A stretch of 64,000 bases of DNA from Xylographa opegraphella (lineage: Eukaryota). Below, in pieces: positions 24,622 through 38,768 of the stretch (position 1 is its first letter; every line of letters starts with the position of its first letter). The stretch covers positions 62,001 through 126,000 of the forward strand of contig JALDZX010000047.1 in the NCBI GenBank assembly GCA_022813865.1, given 5' to 3'. Both the position numbers and the translations under genes were made by a program. The notes beneath the pieces were generated by a model that was not told the DNA's origin, searched no databases, and saw only the letters and a program-made list of their open reading frames with translations.

Positions 24622-26158
24622 ATGGCACCAATGGTTTTGGGTCTCAGGCTGTGGCAGTCCCTTGCTCGAACTGAAGGTAGGTTCGCAGCCGCGTTAACTG
24701 GCTCAATGCTGGATCAACGGACTCCTATCGGCCTATCCGCTCCCTTTATCGATTGTCGATAATTCATCCGCCTCTGTCCCGTGTGGACCATGTGCATTCG
24801 AGAATCGCTGCTGATACATGCTCTTCAGACCAACCAATCATTTCCGCAAGAACCGCCGCAGCGCTCTCGGTTAGTCCCGTTGTTTGATTTCGTCGCTGTC
24901 CACTGTGCCACTGTAAAACAACGAGTTGTTTCTCCTCTTATTCTCATGTTTCTCTACACTCCCAAACGTTTTCGAGGACGTCATTGTGTCGCCTGAAACT
25001 TCAATGGCTGTCTCCGACCTGCTGAGATCACCTGACTCGGCAACTCTACTAACCAATCTCAGATAACATATACGGCTCTATATGTTCTGCCCTTCTACCT
25101 CTCCTCCCTCACACGACCTTCGCCCGACCTTCCTCGGGACTCTCCCTCCGTCATCCGTGCGCGCGTGCGCTTGGTGACGCTTTCGTGTACTATTTGCAGT
25201 GTGATCACCATCTGCATTCTCTCATTCCACGCCCATGTTCCGCGGTTGCGGATCCTCAAGCTTTTGGGATGGTACCCAATCGATATCGCAGGCACTGCCA
25301 AACCACTGCTTCTGACGGCCCTTCTATTCGCCGGTCCCCTGTTCGAAAAGGGTGTTGTGGAGGGAAGATGGAAGGAGTGGATGCGCGGACGGAGACTGTA
25401 CGAATGTCTAAATAGCTGGATCGGCTGGCGGAATTACGTCGCTGTACGCCCGGACTTCCCCTTCGACTTCCATGCTCCAACGACCCTTCACCAGCATCAG
25501 CAGCTAACCCATGCCCCTTGTTATGTGTTAGGGTCCCTTCACCGAAGAACTCCTCTTCCGCTCCCTCCTGCTCCCCGTCGCCTTCCTCGGCCAACCCAAC
25601 CCGTCGGCGAGCAAACTCCGCCTCATCCTCCTCACCCCGCTCTACTTCGGCATCGCGCACATCCACCACTTCTATGAGTTCAAACTCACCCACCCCCGCA
25701 CCCCGCTGCTGCCGACCCTCCTCATGACTCTGTTCCAGTTCGCCTACACCACCGTCTTCGGCTGGTACGCCGCCTTCGTCTTCCTGAGGACCGGCAGCCT
25801 CTGGAGCGTCGTCCTCTGCCACGCCTTCTGCAACTGGATGGGACTGCCGCGCCTCTGGGGGAAGGTGGGCCGCACCGCAGCGCGCGAGCTCGGCGGCAGC
25901 CGCCGGGCAGATCAGCTGATGGACGCCACCGTCCTCGCCGAGCGAAGCGGAGATCAGGGAGCCGTGTCGGGGCGCTCCCAACCTCGCCGCAATGGAAATC
26001 TGCCGCAGCCGCGGGGCGCAGACAGGCACTGGAGGTGGGAAGTCGCTTGGACGGCAGCGTACTACACCGTCCTCCTCAGCGGCGTGCTGGCGTTCTGGAA
26101 GGGCTTCTGGGCGCTCACGAGATCCGAAGCGGGGCTGGTGGACTGGGATGGGAGGTGA
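24622..26158 (+). CDS. RCE1: CAAX prenyl protease 2 (Rce1)
   Basis: LYVLPFYLS...SVIRAR, WRNYVA/GPFTEELLFRS, FGIAHIHHFYE, FGWYAAFVFLRTG, HAFCNWMGLP. Two short 5' exons inferred (24622-24676 and about 24829-24869); intron 25444..25531. Confidence 0.92.
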
Positions 26159-26839
26159 TGCGGTGCAGGATCCGGAGCGCAGCTCTGCGAAGACTCAGAT
26201 AGCCCATAAGCCACTGAACGGAGCAGTAACTCGCATTGGATTTAAAGCTCTGGTAAAGCATGCTTTATCATTCAAGATAGATGGGGCGTTCCCATAATTC
26301 GTGCTTAAGCAAGCGCCCTACCGGCTGCATACAATTCTCGTTTACAGACCCCAACGATAGAGACCCCGTGCAGCAGTAATGGCACATGGCAACAACTAAA
26401 GAGCGGAAGATTCTTCTCAGACCCATTGTACATTATAACATATCGTAGCCGAACGGATACATAACCGCCAGTGAAGAAAAGGAGCCACAACACCCACAGT
26501 GCCATTCCCAGCCGAGCGAGAAAAGAGCCCATATTATTACAACGACGCTCTACTCTATCGTACCACCACCGCTGCCTCTCTACCCAACTATATATACACA
26601 CACACTGCGTCCAGCTAAAAAAGTACAAGAAGAACCCCCAATACAGACACAGCCATCTCCAGCCCGACATCGAAAGCTAGCATCCACCGTCCTTTGCCAG
26701 CATCTTCCCCCTCCGCCTCCGTTTCAAACCCGCCTCCCACCTCTCTATAGTCACCAGACGCCCTACTTCACTCCCCAACATCTCCACTGCTTCTTCCTGC
26801 CGCCGGCCGGCCCACCCTTCCTCAGCTGCCCCACGCCTC

Positions 26840-29800
26840 TCACTTCGCCATCACATCCACATAACCCCTCCCCTTCTTCTTGCCCTTGACCGTGCCACCC
26901 TTCCGCGCTGCCGGAGCGCCAATCAGATCGTCGATACTGCTCGCATTGCTCGTCCCGGTCGCCGGCCGCGACGGCGGCGCCGAGGGCGGCCCCACACCGG
27001 TAGCCGAAGCAGGCATCAGGCCCCCACTCTTGTTAGGTTCGGCCGCAGACTCACCGGGCGCAGGCGACCGGCTGCCTATAGGCGGCGACGCCACAGCGTC
27101 GGAGCCCGGGGCTGCCGGGGTCGTCGGGCTCGCCGCGCCTCGGAGGCTGGGGCTCGCGTTCCGGCTCGGACCTTGCGACGGAGGCACGCTCCCTGGGCTC
27201 AGCGTTCCTCCCAGCGCGGCGCCTGTGGACATTGGCATGGGGGGCGGCTTGCTCGGGGGTGGCTGGCCCCCAGCTGCGCTGACGGCTCTGCTGGGCGGAC
27301 CTTTGGGTGGAGGCGGGGTTGGCGCCGAAGCGGCAGGGGCTTCCGCGCCGGCCTTTTTGTTGACCCACTTCTTGAGGTTGGCGTCGTAGACGAAGGAAGA
27401 CTCTTCGCCGAGACGGGCGCGGATGGGCCCGCGCGAGGAGCTGCCAGAGGCGGCAGCAGGGTCTTTGGATTTGCTGCCGGCGGCGAGCCAGCCGAACCAG
27501 CCGGATTTGGTAGCAGTGCCTTTAGAGTCCTTTTGAGCTGCAAGATGTCAGTGGGGATATTCGGGCGGCGACATGAAAGAGTTTAGGCTTACCGTCGGCT
27601 TCAGCTGCCTTCCGGAAGGCTTCGTCCGCCTCGCGGTCCTTCTTGGCCTTTTCGGCTTTCTTCAGAGCTGCAGCTTTGGCAACGAGGTCATCGTCATCGT
27701 CATCATCATCGAGGTAAGATCTGCTCTTCCCCTTTTCTTGCACTGGTGACGTATCGCCAGTTTGGGTTTCGGGATCGTAACTCGGCGGATCGTACGAGCT
27801 CGAGGGAGGCTCATATCCGTATGACGAATGCGCTTCCAAAGATGCGGATTGAGGCTCAAGAGGCGCAGACAGAGGCTCATAAGACGGGGGATCATAAGAA
27901 GAAGTGAAAGGCTCGTAAGATTGCTGAGGCTCATATGAAGTAGGTGGGGAATATGGAGCTGGCGGGAGAGGCTTGTCAGATACAGGTGAGGGTTGGTAGG
28001 AGCGTGGTTCGTAAGAGGCAGATCGAGGCTCGTAAGACGCTGAATGCTGCCTATCAGACACCGGAGAAGGCACGGGCTGATCAGAGCCGGAGCGAGGTCC
28101 GTACGGCGATAATTGATTTGACATGGACTTAGGCGGCGAATGCAGGGCTGATTGTGGCCCATGAGTTACACCTGACATCGAATTGTTCGATCCGTGATCT
28201 TGTTGTGGATACGTGTCTTGTTGTCGAGGAACGTAGAGGCCATGATTCAGAAGTTCCGGCGAATGACTGGATCGAGAGGAAGGCGCAGGAGCATAATTCT
28301 CATGCTCGGGAGGTAACGTAGCGGATGACGGTCGGACAGATTGCTGGTGTTGATCAAGTTGTTGTTTCTTATAGAGATCAGGGTACAGAGTCGGCAAGGA
28401 AGTATACGAGGATTGCCTTTGGATGTCGGCACGTTTGAGAGCCTCTAAATGACCCACTCGTTGTGACTCTGGCATTTGCTGCGATAACCGATCTGGAATT
28501 GGGTGCGGAGTATATTGTCCACCAGGCGCATAACGAGCGTTGGCTGGAGGTTGTGGCATTGAAGTTGAACCTGCCACATAGTTTCCTCTATTTGCATAGG
28601 ATCCATATAGATCAGGCGATTGGGCACGACTGATAGAAGGAGTATCGCCTGCCACTCCAGCGAATGGACCAGCCTCTGATTCAATGCCTTTGCCCGATCC
28701 GGTTGATGTGGCATCGCTGTCATCTCCCGTGATAAATTGGTTGAGTCGATTCCACACCGAGCCCGATACTTTATCCATACTAGGTCTTGGAATCCATGAA
28801 GAGGACCCGTCCTTTGGTGCTTGGCGCAGGCGATTGGCCAGATCATCAAGAGAGCTGAACAGCTGAGCATGATAATAAGGCGAAGGTTTCGTAGTTGCTT
28901 TCAAGACATTCATGACGGCGTCGCAATATTGCTGAGCCTCGTCCCGATACCCGTACTCCGCCAAAAGCAGTGCGTGGTTGAGTTTGTGAGCCTGCAAATG
29001 AGGAGCGACGGTTGGGGCTGATGATGGCGCAAGCACAGCAAAAGCGTATTCGTAGATCTCAGTGAGCAGTATACTGTCAATATCCCTGTAGTAGTCAAAC
29101 GGTTGCTTTACATGATCCGCGCCGAGTAATGCGATACTGGCTTGAGGGTCATCCGGTCCTCCAAAAAGTCCTGATGCTTTGGAGAATATATAGCAGATGT
29201 GCGCTGCTTCTATCCGTCCATAATTTGCGAGGAGTCTTCCCAGGGCTAGTAATGCGTTACTATCATCAGCACTTCTATTGCTGAGTATGAGACTCAAAGT
29301 TTCGCGCCATCGATCCAGACCATCAAGGGCATTCTTAACAGGTCCGGAGGCCGATGTTTTGCTGATCATTTGTAAGCCTGCCCGAGCGGATGGTGGTACT
29401 AATTTATCAACGCTTTCTTCCCAGCTGCCAGTTAACACATCGTAAAGTGCTGCAAGAGATTCTGCATTGTCACCCACTGGCTTCACCTCTGACCGTATAA
29501 ATTCTTGGGTTGCTTGTTTCCAGAGATCTTTCGGTAGAGTCGATGCAAGAAGCAGTGCATGGCCCCATAATTTCTTGTCTACAGCATGCCAGACCGCTTT
29601 CTCCCGCCCGCCTTGGATTAGAAGCTTACGTAAAGTCTCGACATCCTCCAGAGTTGTAGAGTCTGGGGTGCTTTGTGTGATACTAGACCTTGAGATGGCT
29701 CTTGAATGTACTTGAGACTCATACAAAATCTGCTCATTTGCTCCACTATTCAACATTTCCGGCGATAAAATATCTCTTACAGCTTTGACCGCGTTCATGT

Positions 29801-32800
29801 TTGCCTCCAATACTCCATCATATTCTATCAGAACATGCAACACTTTCCACAAAAGTATTCGCTCTTCATGGCGCTTGAGTGGGTCAACTTGATTTTGATT
29901 GGAATTGATCTGGAATTGCTGGTGTCCCAGTTTTTCGATTCCTTTTTCGAGCCACAGGAGTACGTCCTTCTTTTTGCCCTTCGACCTAAGTGGTCCCGGA
30001 AAGTCCGCAATATGCTCTTCAAGAGGTATGATCTTTCCACTGCGCACGTGAACTTCCCCAGGTCCACACTTGATCATAGGAACGAGTTGCCCTGAAGCAT
30101 ATCGAGGTATTCGAGACGGAAAGCTGGTCACGACGTGACCCCCGAACCCGAAATTGAAAACAGGACACCCTTTCCATCTCTCCAACGGATCGTGTTCGCT
30201 GCTATCAGACGGTACCATGAAGTTCGGTCCAGCAAGTGAACTCCGACGGGGCCCTAATCTTTCATTGAGAGATGATGGTTGCTGTATAGATCGTGAATTT
30301 AACGTCTTAGGCGAGATCTGACGGTCGAGGGAGCCCTCTCTTGAATTCTGAGACCGGTTATTCCAGGAATCGTTGCCATCAGAATACGGTATAGTAGATC
30401 CACCATATCGGGCTTCCAGATTTTGTGAAGGGGGAGCACGATGATCAGGAGACATTAGTTGAGACTGTTGTAAAGGATGATTGTATGAAGGTGCTCTAGC
30501 TGGACCATTCATATCTGATGCGTGTGTTGTAGTGTCGGGATGCCCGTCCAGCATGTTTGATGAGGGCGAATACTCTGTCTGCGCTGTTCGAAGGGATGGT
30601 CGCCTCGAACCTGTGGGGAAGAGCTCATTTGATGAGCTAATGTCTTCTGGTTGCGCACGTGGAAGATATTGCTGCGTGACCGACGCACTTCTAGCCAAGG
30701 GACTTGAGGTACGAGGCTGGTGAGGAAATATGTGTGAGACTGATGGCGGACGTTGTGGGACCACGGGGGGAGTAGCGTAGCGATTCCGGGCAAGCGGTAA
30801 GTTAAGCTGTGCTTGCGGAGCCGGTGAATATCTAGCATTAGGATTAGTTTGTTGCTGTGGGGTTGCACCCACTGGTAAATTAGATGAGGCATATGGTAAA
30901 ACTCGTTCGGGAGCAAGGAGTTGATACGGCTGAGGAGTTGATGTAGAAGGTAAGGACTGCTGAAGTTGATGAGTGGTCTGATCCACCTGACCACGCTGCG
31001 GAGGAATCTGCGTTGGCGGTGGAGGGACATGCTGGTATGTTGGAGCACTAAATTTTCCAGCACTACTCAAAGGTCGAGCCTTTGAAGTGATTGGTAATTC
31101 CTCGAAGAAGCTTCCAGTACTAGACTTATGCTGGGACGGTGATGCGATAAGGTCTGCTGTGGATGGTACCTGGTTAGTCATCGCGGGTGACATAGTAGGG
31201 GTCGATGTTAAAGTGGGAGAATTCTGGTAGACGGTCTGGCCATAGGGTGACATGGCAGATGACTGAATACTGCTGCTCCGTGGTGGTGGTGGAGGCGGTT
31301 TGTTTGTGGCATTTCGATTGTTGATATTCTGTAGCTGCTGAGGGCCAACCCGCTTCCTAGATCTACTGACCTCTATTGGAAGATCATAAGGAGAAGTATA
31401 ACCACCTTTGGATTTATCGGCAAAGCTCTGACTCTTTTCTGGCATCAATGGCCTTTGCAATACACTCTGATTCGTCAGCGCTGACTGTTGCGTAATATCA
31501 GAAGACCCTGTGGGTACTTTTGGGGCATTGGCGAAACCGCTTTGGGTATACGGAGGTTGTACGGAGGGGTCTTTCCACCCTCCTGAGGAGGAAGTTGGCT
31601 GGCCGTATAATGGTGGCGGAATTCGAGTCTGCACAGGAGTCCCGCTCGAGGTTAGCTGAGATCCAGCAGTGCTAATATTACTGAAACCTTGGATCTGGCC
31701 GTCCATATCAACAACAGGATGTGGAATCGATGGGGAAAAATAATTTGGAGGAAAATCTGCAGCACTGTCTTCATTGAGAAACCCTTCTCCATCCTCATCA
31801 AAGAAGGACGAGGGATCTACAGATGATTCTTCTATCAAAAACTCATCATCCGTCAAAGCAGCTTGCCACAACGCTGCTAAGTCATCTTCCTTGGGTACCG
31901 CAACATCTGCAGAGCTATCATTCCGTTCTGGGGTATCAAAGTCTGTGTGATCCACAAGCACCTGCGACGTAATCGTGCTTGCTGAGACGGCAATACCTCC
32001 CCCCGTCAAGTTTCCGAAAGTGGGGGATTCCTCGTCAGCGACGTAATTCTGATGAACCTCGTCTCGAGACGGATATTGGATGGATGACAGAACCTGCATA
32101 GTTGTCTTACGGTCTGGCTGTGGAGGCTTGGAAAATGAGCCATCATTGTGCAAGTCGGCTGAGACATTGGCAAAGAAGTCCTCGTCAGCGGTTTCCTGTG
32201 ATTGCGCTTTCGAATCGAAGTAGTCCGGTAGCGAAACATCTTGGAGCGCTTCTTGAGACTGACGACTTGGAAATTCAGATGGTAGTAAAGGTACCCCTTC
32301 CTCGAATCTCGCTTCTTCGTTCAGCGGTGTAAGTGGAGTCCTTGTCTCAACCTCATTCAGACTTTGAAAAGGTATACCATTCAAGAAGGGTTGGTCGTGA
32401 GTATGATGATCTTTCACATCTAGTCCGAAACTATATCCACTATCCGCATGTTCCTCCTCTGCATCAACCTCAGCTATCCCTTCCATAATGTCTTCGACCT
32501 GAGAATGAGGAAGCGGTGGGAATCCTGGAAGTCCTGAGCCGCCTTGCAATGGCGGTACATTTGGGAAAGAATTCGTATGATTTAGCTTTCGTTGAATGTT
32601 TGGGTGTGGTATCTCTGGGTCTACTTCCCACGTAGAATTCGCATGGTTATCATTCTCCCAGTCAACATTAAGAGGCACATCCGCGTCTGGGTTGGAGAAG
32701 TTATACGATTGTGACGTGCCATCCTCGTGTACTTTGCTTCCTTGTATCCCATTGCTTATTACCACCTCATTAATAGTCGACTGGCGAATTTGGAGTGTTG

Positions 32801-33158
32801 CCTCTCCACTACTTGAGCCTTGCCCCGGCACAATATTGATACCCAGCCCTGTTTCCGGATCTCTGTTTATGCTCTGAGAAGTCGCTTGCGCTGGATACTT
32901 GGACCGACCTGAATAAGCGTCTTCCGGATGAGCTGAACCTGGCGACGAAGTTGCATGATCACCACTTTGGGAATCTGCTTTGTCGCTATGTCTGTCCCCA
33001 GCTGTCGCTCTTGGGAGATCTTGTCTAGCTGTGCGTTTATCATCCGTAACAGCGTTACCTTCATTATTGGACAAATGAGTTTGTGTGTCGGGTCTCCAGG
33101 CTGGATGCCATGAACCAGGACTCTCATGGCTGACGCTAGAGCTTTGTAACGGTTCCAT
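26840..33158 (-). CDS. SEC16: COPII coat assembly protein Sec16
   Basis: About 2100 aa; DPLERWKGCPVFNFGFGG, FPGPL, LWGHALLLAS, WRETLSLIL, AAHICYIF. C-terminal LGEESSFVYD..LKKWVNKK and RGYVDVMAK. Intron 27538..27592. Confidence 0.93.
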
Positions 33159-33627
33159 CTCCACAATATGAACAGCAAATAGATCAGACCCCCATTAACT
33201 AAGAGCCATAAGCATTGTGTCGTACCCGAGATGGAGTGCAAGATCATGCGCCTCCTTTTGGCACTTGCGGGAAAAGCACTTACAACTTGCGGTCAGCAAG
33301 AAATCAGAATTCCCGAACTGGTATCATCGCATAGAAAATCCACAATTTGCGCCTGCGGAATGCTGAAGAACTGTTTTACTTTCGACTTGTCCGTTATTGC
33401 AAGCACCAGCAAGTATTACGGAATCGACCAGCTGTCTCCCCGGATTCGGCCTCGGCTAAACGAATAAGTCCGTGTGTAGACACATACCCTTGATGGTACG
33501 TGTATAAGCTGCACTTCGTCTACTAAGCTTCGCAACCTGCTCACCCGCTTGTTTCCTGGACGCAATGCGACTTCTTCAGATTGTATGATACTTCCTGATC
33601 CCCCTGTACAACCGCATCCATGAAAGA
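33159..33627. promoter_or_regulatory. Putative bidirectional promoter between SEC16 and NEO1
   Basis: Head-to-head start codons about 470 bp apart. Confidence 0.5.
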
Positions 33628-36600
33628 ATGTCGAGGGCCCATCAGTACCATCAACCCAACGCACCCAACAGCTACCCTGACGATCCCGACTCTGATATCG
33701 AAATCGATTTGCAAGAGCTGGGGCCGCGTGCGGATCATGAAGGCGGACAGCTTGCCCACCAGTCACAAGGGAGAAATAATAATGGACGAGGGGATCATGA
33801 CGGCCCCATACCTCTGCGAAATCTACGTTCTGGAGTCTACCGAAGCGCTGGGCGGCGCACACGGAGATTTGAGACAAACAGTACGGATACAAATACGGAG
33901 GCCGCTGCAGACTTCCATCAAGAAGCTGGAAGAGAAGATTCATCGGAGAGCTACAATGTCGGCGATGCGACACCTCTTCTAAACGATGACACACAAGTCC
34001 AGACACCGCGAGGTCGTTCAGGATGGTTCGGCCGTCGCTTCCTTCTGCCCAGCTATTTCTCGAAGAGGTCTGGTTATGTGAACATAGATGCAAACGATGG
34101 CAGTTTAGAGGAGAAACAGAAGCTTGGCGTCCCACGAAGCATCAGTGTTGGCCAATACCCGCCACCACGATTCCCTCCAAATGCCGTGTCTAATGCAAAA
34201 TATACGCCCTGGGGCTTCCTACCGCGTACACTTTACAATGAATTCTCCTTCTTTATCAATATGTACTTTCTGCTAGTTTCCTTGTCTCAAGTGATACCCC
34301 AACTGCGCATCGGAGTCTTGTGGTCTTATATCGTTCCATTGGCATTAGTCTTGACACTTACCTTAGGAAAAGAGGCGTATGATGATATCGCACGGCGTCG
34401 AAGAGATGGAGAGGCGAACAAGGAGCCTTATACAATATTGCGACTGAGAGATAATTCTAAAGATCCAAGACCTAGGAAAAATGGGCGAGCAAAAGCAATG
34501 AAGTCCAGAAAAAAACTTGTCAATACTAGCCATCACCGCCTGGACGCAATCGTGGAGGAGGAAGAGGATGTTGGTCAGAATGACGTTGTGCTGTCGAACA
34601 TTGAAGTGGACGAGATTCGAATCAGGTCCAGGGATCTCAAGGTAGGGGATGTGGTGAAACTGGGCAAAGGACAGCGCGTCCCCGCCGATCTTGTTATCTT
34701 ACAGAGCCATACTACAGAATCAGCGACGTCGATCGTTGCTTCTGTGGGTAAGGATATTGCAAGAAGTATGTCTGCATCTTCACTCGGCGAGCTGAAGGTG
34801 GAAACCAGCACATCAACTTCAATTACTGCATCAGAACAGGTAGCGATGCCTGAGAATCTGCAGCCAGTGAGTGATGGTTCAGTTATCGGAGAAACATTCA
34901 TTCGAACCGATCAGCTTGATGGAGAGACTGATTGGAAGCTGCGTTTGGCTTCTCCCTTGACACAAACTTTGGATCCTCGGGAGTTTACCCGACTCACAAT
35001 CATCGCTGGGAAACCTGCCAGAGCAGTCAATGAATTCTTAGGAAAGGTTGAGCTTAGTCCACGAACGGCTACTCATTTCGACCAAGGCACGGCTCTTGAT
35101 CAGGGTCAGATACCGGTCTCTACTACGACACTGACAGCGCCGTTGACTATCGATAATACTGCCTGGGCGAACACAGTCGTGGCATCGAGCACAACAATAT
35201 TGGCAGTAGTGGTGTACACTGGCGCTCAGACGCGACAAGCTCTCTCGACATCATCTTCACGGTCAAAGGTGGGATTGCTGGAACTCGAGATCAACAATTT
35301 GACCAAGATTTTGTGCATCTTGACACTAACTCTTTCTGCTGTTCTTGTTGGAATACAGAGCTTCTACACAAAGCCTGATAGGAAATGGTATGTATCCGTT
35401 ACGCGTTTTTTGATTCTCTTCTCGACCATTATTCCTCTCAGCTTGCGCGTCAATCTCGATCTTGCCAAATCTGTCTATGCGTGGTTTATCGAGCGGGACC
35501 ACCAAATGCCTGGAGCCGTAGTGAGGACTAGCACGATCCCTGAAGACTTGGGCAGGATTGAATATCTTCTCAGTGACAAAACAGGGACACTAACGCAGAA
35601 CGGTAAATACTTCTCGCGAAGCTGAGATAATTTTGCTGACTATCCCAAATAGAGATGGATCTACGAAAAATCCACGTTGGAACAGTATCGTACGCGAATG
35701 AGGCAATGGAGGAAGTGGCCTCATATGTGCGCCAGGGGTTTTCAAATCCCCCTTCAATAGATAGCCAGCAAGCAATGCTCGTCACACCGTCATCTTTGCT
35801 CAATACCACTTCTGCCGCTGGTACGACAACAAGAACAAGAAGGGAGATTGGATCACGTGTTCGCGACGTTGTCCTGGCTCTAGCTTTGTGTCACAATGTT
35901 ACGCCTACATCGGAAGAGGAAAATGGCCATACTATCACAACCTACCAAGCCTCATCGCCCGACGAGATTGCCATCGTACGATGGACAGAGAGCGTCGGTT
36001 TGAGGGTAATACATCGTGACAGGCACAGTATCGCTCTTCAGTCGGTTGATTCGGGCCGTATTGCTGTTCGAGTTCGTATACTAGACGTGTTTCCATTCAC
36101 GTCTGATGGCAAGCGAATGGGTATCATTGTCCAATTCTTACAAGGAGCCGAATCTTCCGCATCCGCGTCGACTGAGCTTGGCGAGATCTGGTTCTACCAA
36201 AAGGGTGCAGATACAGTCATGACAACGATCGTGGCAGCGAACGACTGGCTTGACGAGGAGACAGCCAATATGGCAAGGGAAGGTCTACGGACCCTTGTTG
36301 TAGGCCGCCGTAAGCTTTCAGCACTCCAATATGCGGATTTTACATCGAGTTACAAAGAAGCATCAATGACGCTCCAATCTCGTGACGCGAATATGGCCCA
36401 GATTATCAAGAGCCACCTCGAAAACAATCTTGAACTCCTTGGGGTCACTGGGGTTGAAGATAAGCTCCAGGATAATGTTAAATCTTCGCTTGAATTACTC
36501 CGAAATGCTGGGATAAAGATTTGGATGCTTACGGGTGACAAGGTCGAGACAGCTCGCTGTGTTGCCATATCCTCGAAACTGGTTTCGCGAGCCCAGCATA

Positions 36601-37670
36601 TTCACACCATCACCTCTCTCCACACTGCCTCCCGGGCATCACCCACGGCCGCGTCTGACACCCTTTCGCTCCTTGCTGCCAACCCGGATTCCACAGCTCT
36701 TCTCATCGATGGTGACTCTCTCTCATATCTCCTGACCAATTATCGCCATGCCTTCATATCACTCGCTGTTCTTCTGCCTGCCGTTATTGCCTGTCGCTGC
36801 TCACCAACTCAGAAAGCAGATGTGGCGCTACTTATCCGCAGCCACACTAAGAAGCGGATCGCATGTGTCGGCGATGGTGGTAACGATGTGTCTATGATCC
36901 AGGCTGCTGACGTTGGGGTCGGCATCGTTGGTAAAGAAGGTCGCCAGGCCTCCCTTGCTGCCGATTTCTCGATTACACAATTCCACCACCTCACGAAGCT
37001 TCTTCTATGGCATGGCCGAAACTCGTACAAGCGCAGTGCCAAGCTTGCGCAGTTTGTCATTCATCGCGGCCTACTTATCTCGGTCTGCCAGACTGTTTAC
37101 AGTATCGCCACTCACTACGAGCCGAACGCCCTCTTCCGGGACTGGTTGCTGATTGGCTATTCAACTGTATACACCCAATTCTCGGTCTTCAGCCTCGTCC
37201 TCGATCGTGATGTGGATGAGGCACTCGCAAACCTGTACCCGGAGCTTTACAAGGAGCTCACACCAGGCACCTCGCTGAGCTACCGAACCTTCTTTGTCTG
37301 GTTGTTCGTCTCAATCTACCAAGGGACACTCATCCAATATCTGTCGGAATATCTGGTTGGCAGTGCCACCGATGGTCGGCTGTTGGCTGTTTCCTTCAGC
37401 GCACTGGTGATCAACGAGCTGGTGATGGTCGCAATGTCGGTGACGACGTGGCACTGGATCATGATAGCTAGCATTCTGGGCACGGCTGCCCTGTACGTGG
37501 GGACCGTGCCGTTCCTTGGGAGTTACTTCGATCTGGCGTTCGTCTGGACTTGGGGCTTTGTTTGGCGAGTTGCAGCCATTCTAGCGGTGAGTTTGATCCC
37601 GCCGTATGTCATCCGAGTTGTGGGCAGGACTCTGCGGCCGCCGAGTTACCGCAAAGTCAGAGGTGTGTGA
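33628..37670 (+). CDS. NEO1: P4-ATPase phospholipid flippase, Neo1/ATP9 class
   Basis: RTDQLDGETDWKLR, IPLSLRVNLD, SDKTGTLTQN phosphorylation motif, YQASSPDE, MLTGDKVETA, GDGGNDVSMIQ. Intron 35603..35652. Confidence 0.96.
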
Positions 37671-38768
37671 ATAGATTGGGATGTTGCGAAACGACTTCAC
37701 GGTCGAATGGAATATCTGGACAGGGCTTTACAAGGTGCTTTCCTCAGACATGTCGTACCTACAAAGGCAAGCTTTGTTGCTTCGTCGGCCGTACCGTATC
37801 TGGATACGACTCCACGTGAATACATGTAGCCGTAAAAGAAAAGTTGTTCGTCGAGACAAAGCAAAGCTCTGTCTCAGAGGTCGAGATCATTCCGAGTCCA
37901 TCGAGTGTGCTCCCGCTCTCAGTCCATGCGAAGTTGGCCAGGCATTCAAAGTCTTGCATGAATGAAGGTGCAGATAGTCACATAGTGCTGTACACGGCTC
38001 ATCAACGAAGGCGAAGTTACTATCATGCACGCCTATTAAGTCCAGCTGAAGAGTGCGTGCATAATTTATGTGCTGCAGAGGGGTTGCAACTCGCCAGTGC
38101 ATAAATCGCAAACGCCCATCATGCCAGAGCTCAGGAGAGCGGACCCTGTCACGACAAGCCACAGTCAGGCCCAAATGGGCCGCCCAACTGCTTACGCGCC
38201 AGTGCAACGAACGGTGGGTGGGCCTTGACAGGGCTGGGTGCGTGAGCGATGATTTCTATTGGCGGGATGTTTTGACAAGTGCTTTCTTTTCTCCTCCGCG
38301 CTAGACCGGATACGCACCTCGTAATTTGTTTCCTGACGGTTCGGCTGCTGAATTGATTTTAGCGCCTGCAAGCCCTCCTCCTCTTCGCAGACGCCCAACT
38401 CTCACAACTCCGTTCTACTTCCCACTTCTCTCTCTCACCAAACGCTCCCTCCTCTTCTCAACCCCTTCCGTCCCCCGTGCGAGAAGCAGCTTCACTCTTT
38501 CAGCTGCTTTCTCTGCTATCCGTTCTTTTACCTGCAATCCCGACCTCGACCCAATTTCTGGTTTTTGCATAAAGGCGGCCGCGTACCATTTCCAGACCAA
38601 AGTGTAAATACTCCGAGAGCAAAGCCAATCCCGAGTCAATGACGGTACTGATGGTTCGATCGCAGCATAGCACTGTCCAGTGTCATCCCTCACTTCCGCG
38701 ACACTCTTTCTCGATCGTTGAACGCAGTCATCCATCTGTCTGGAAAAATCAACCACATTCTTTCAACC

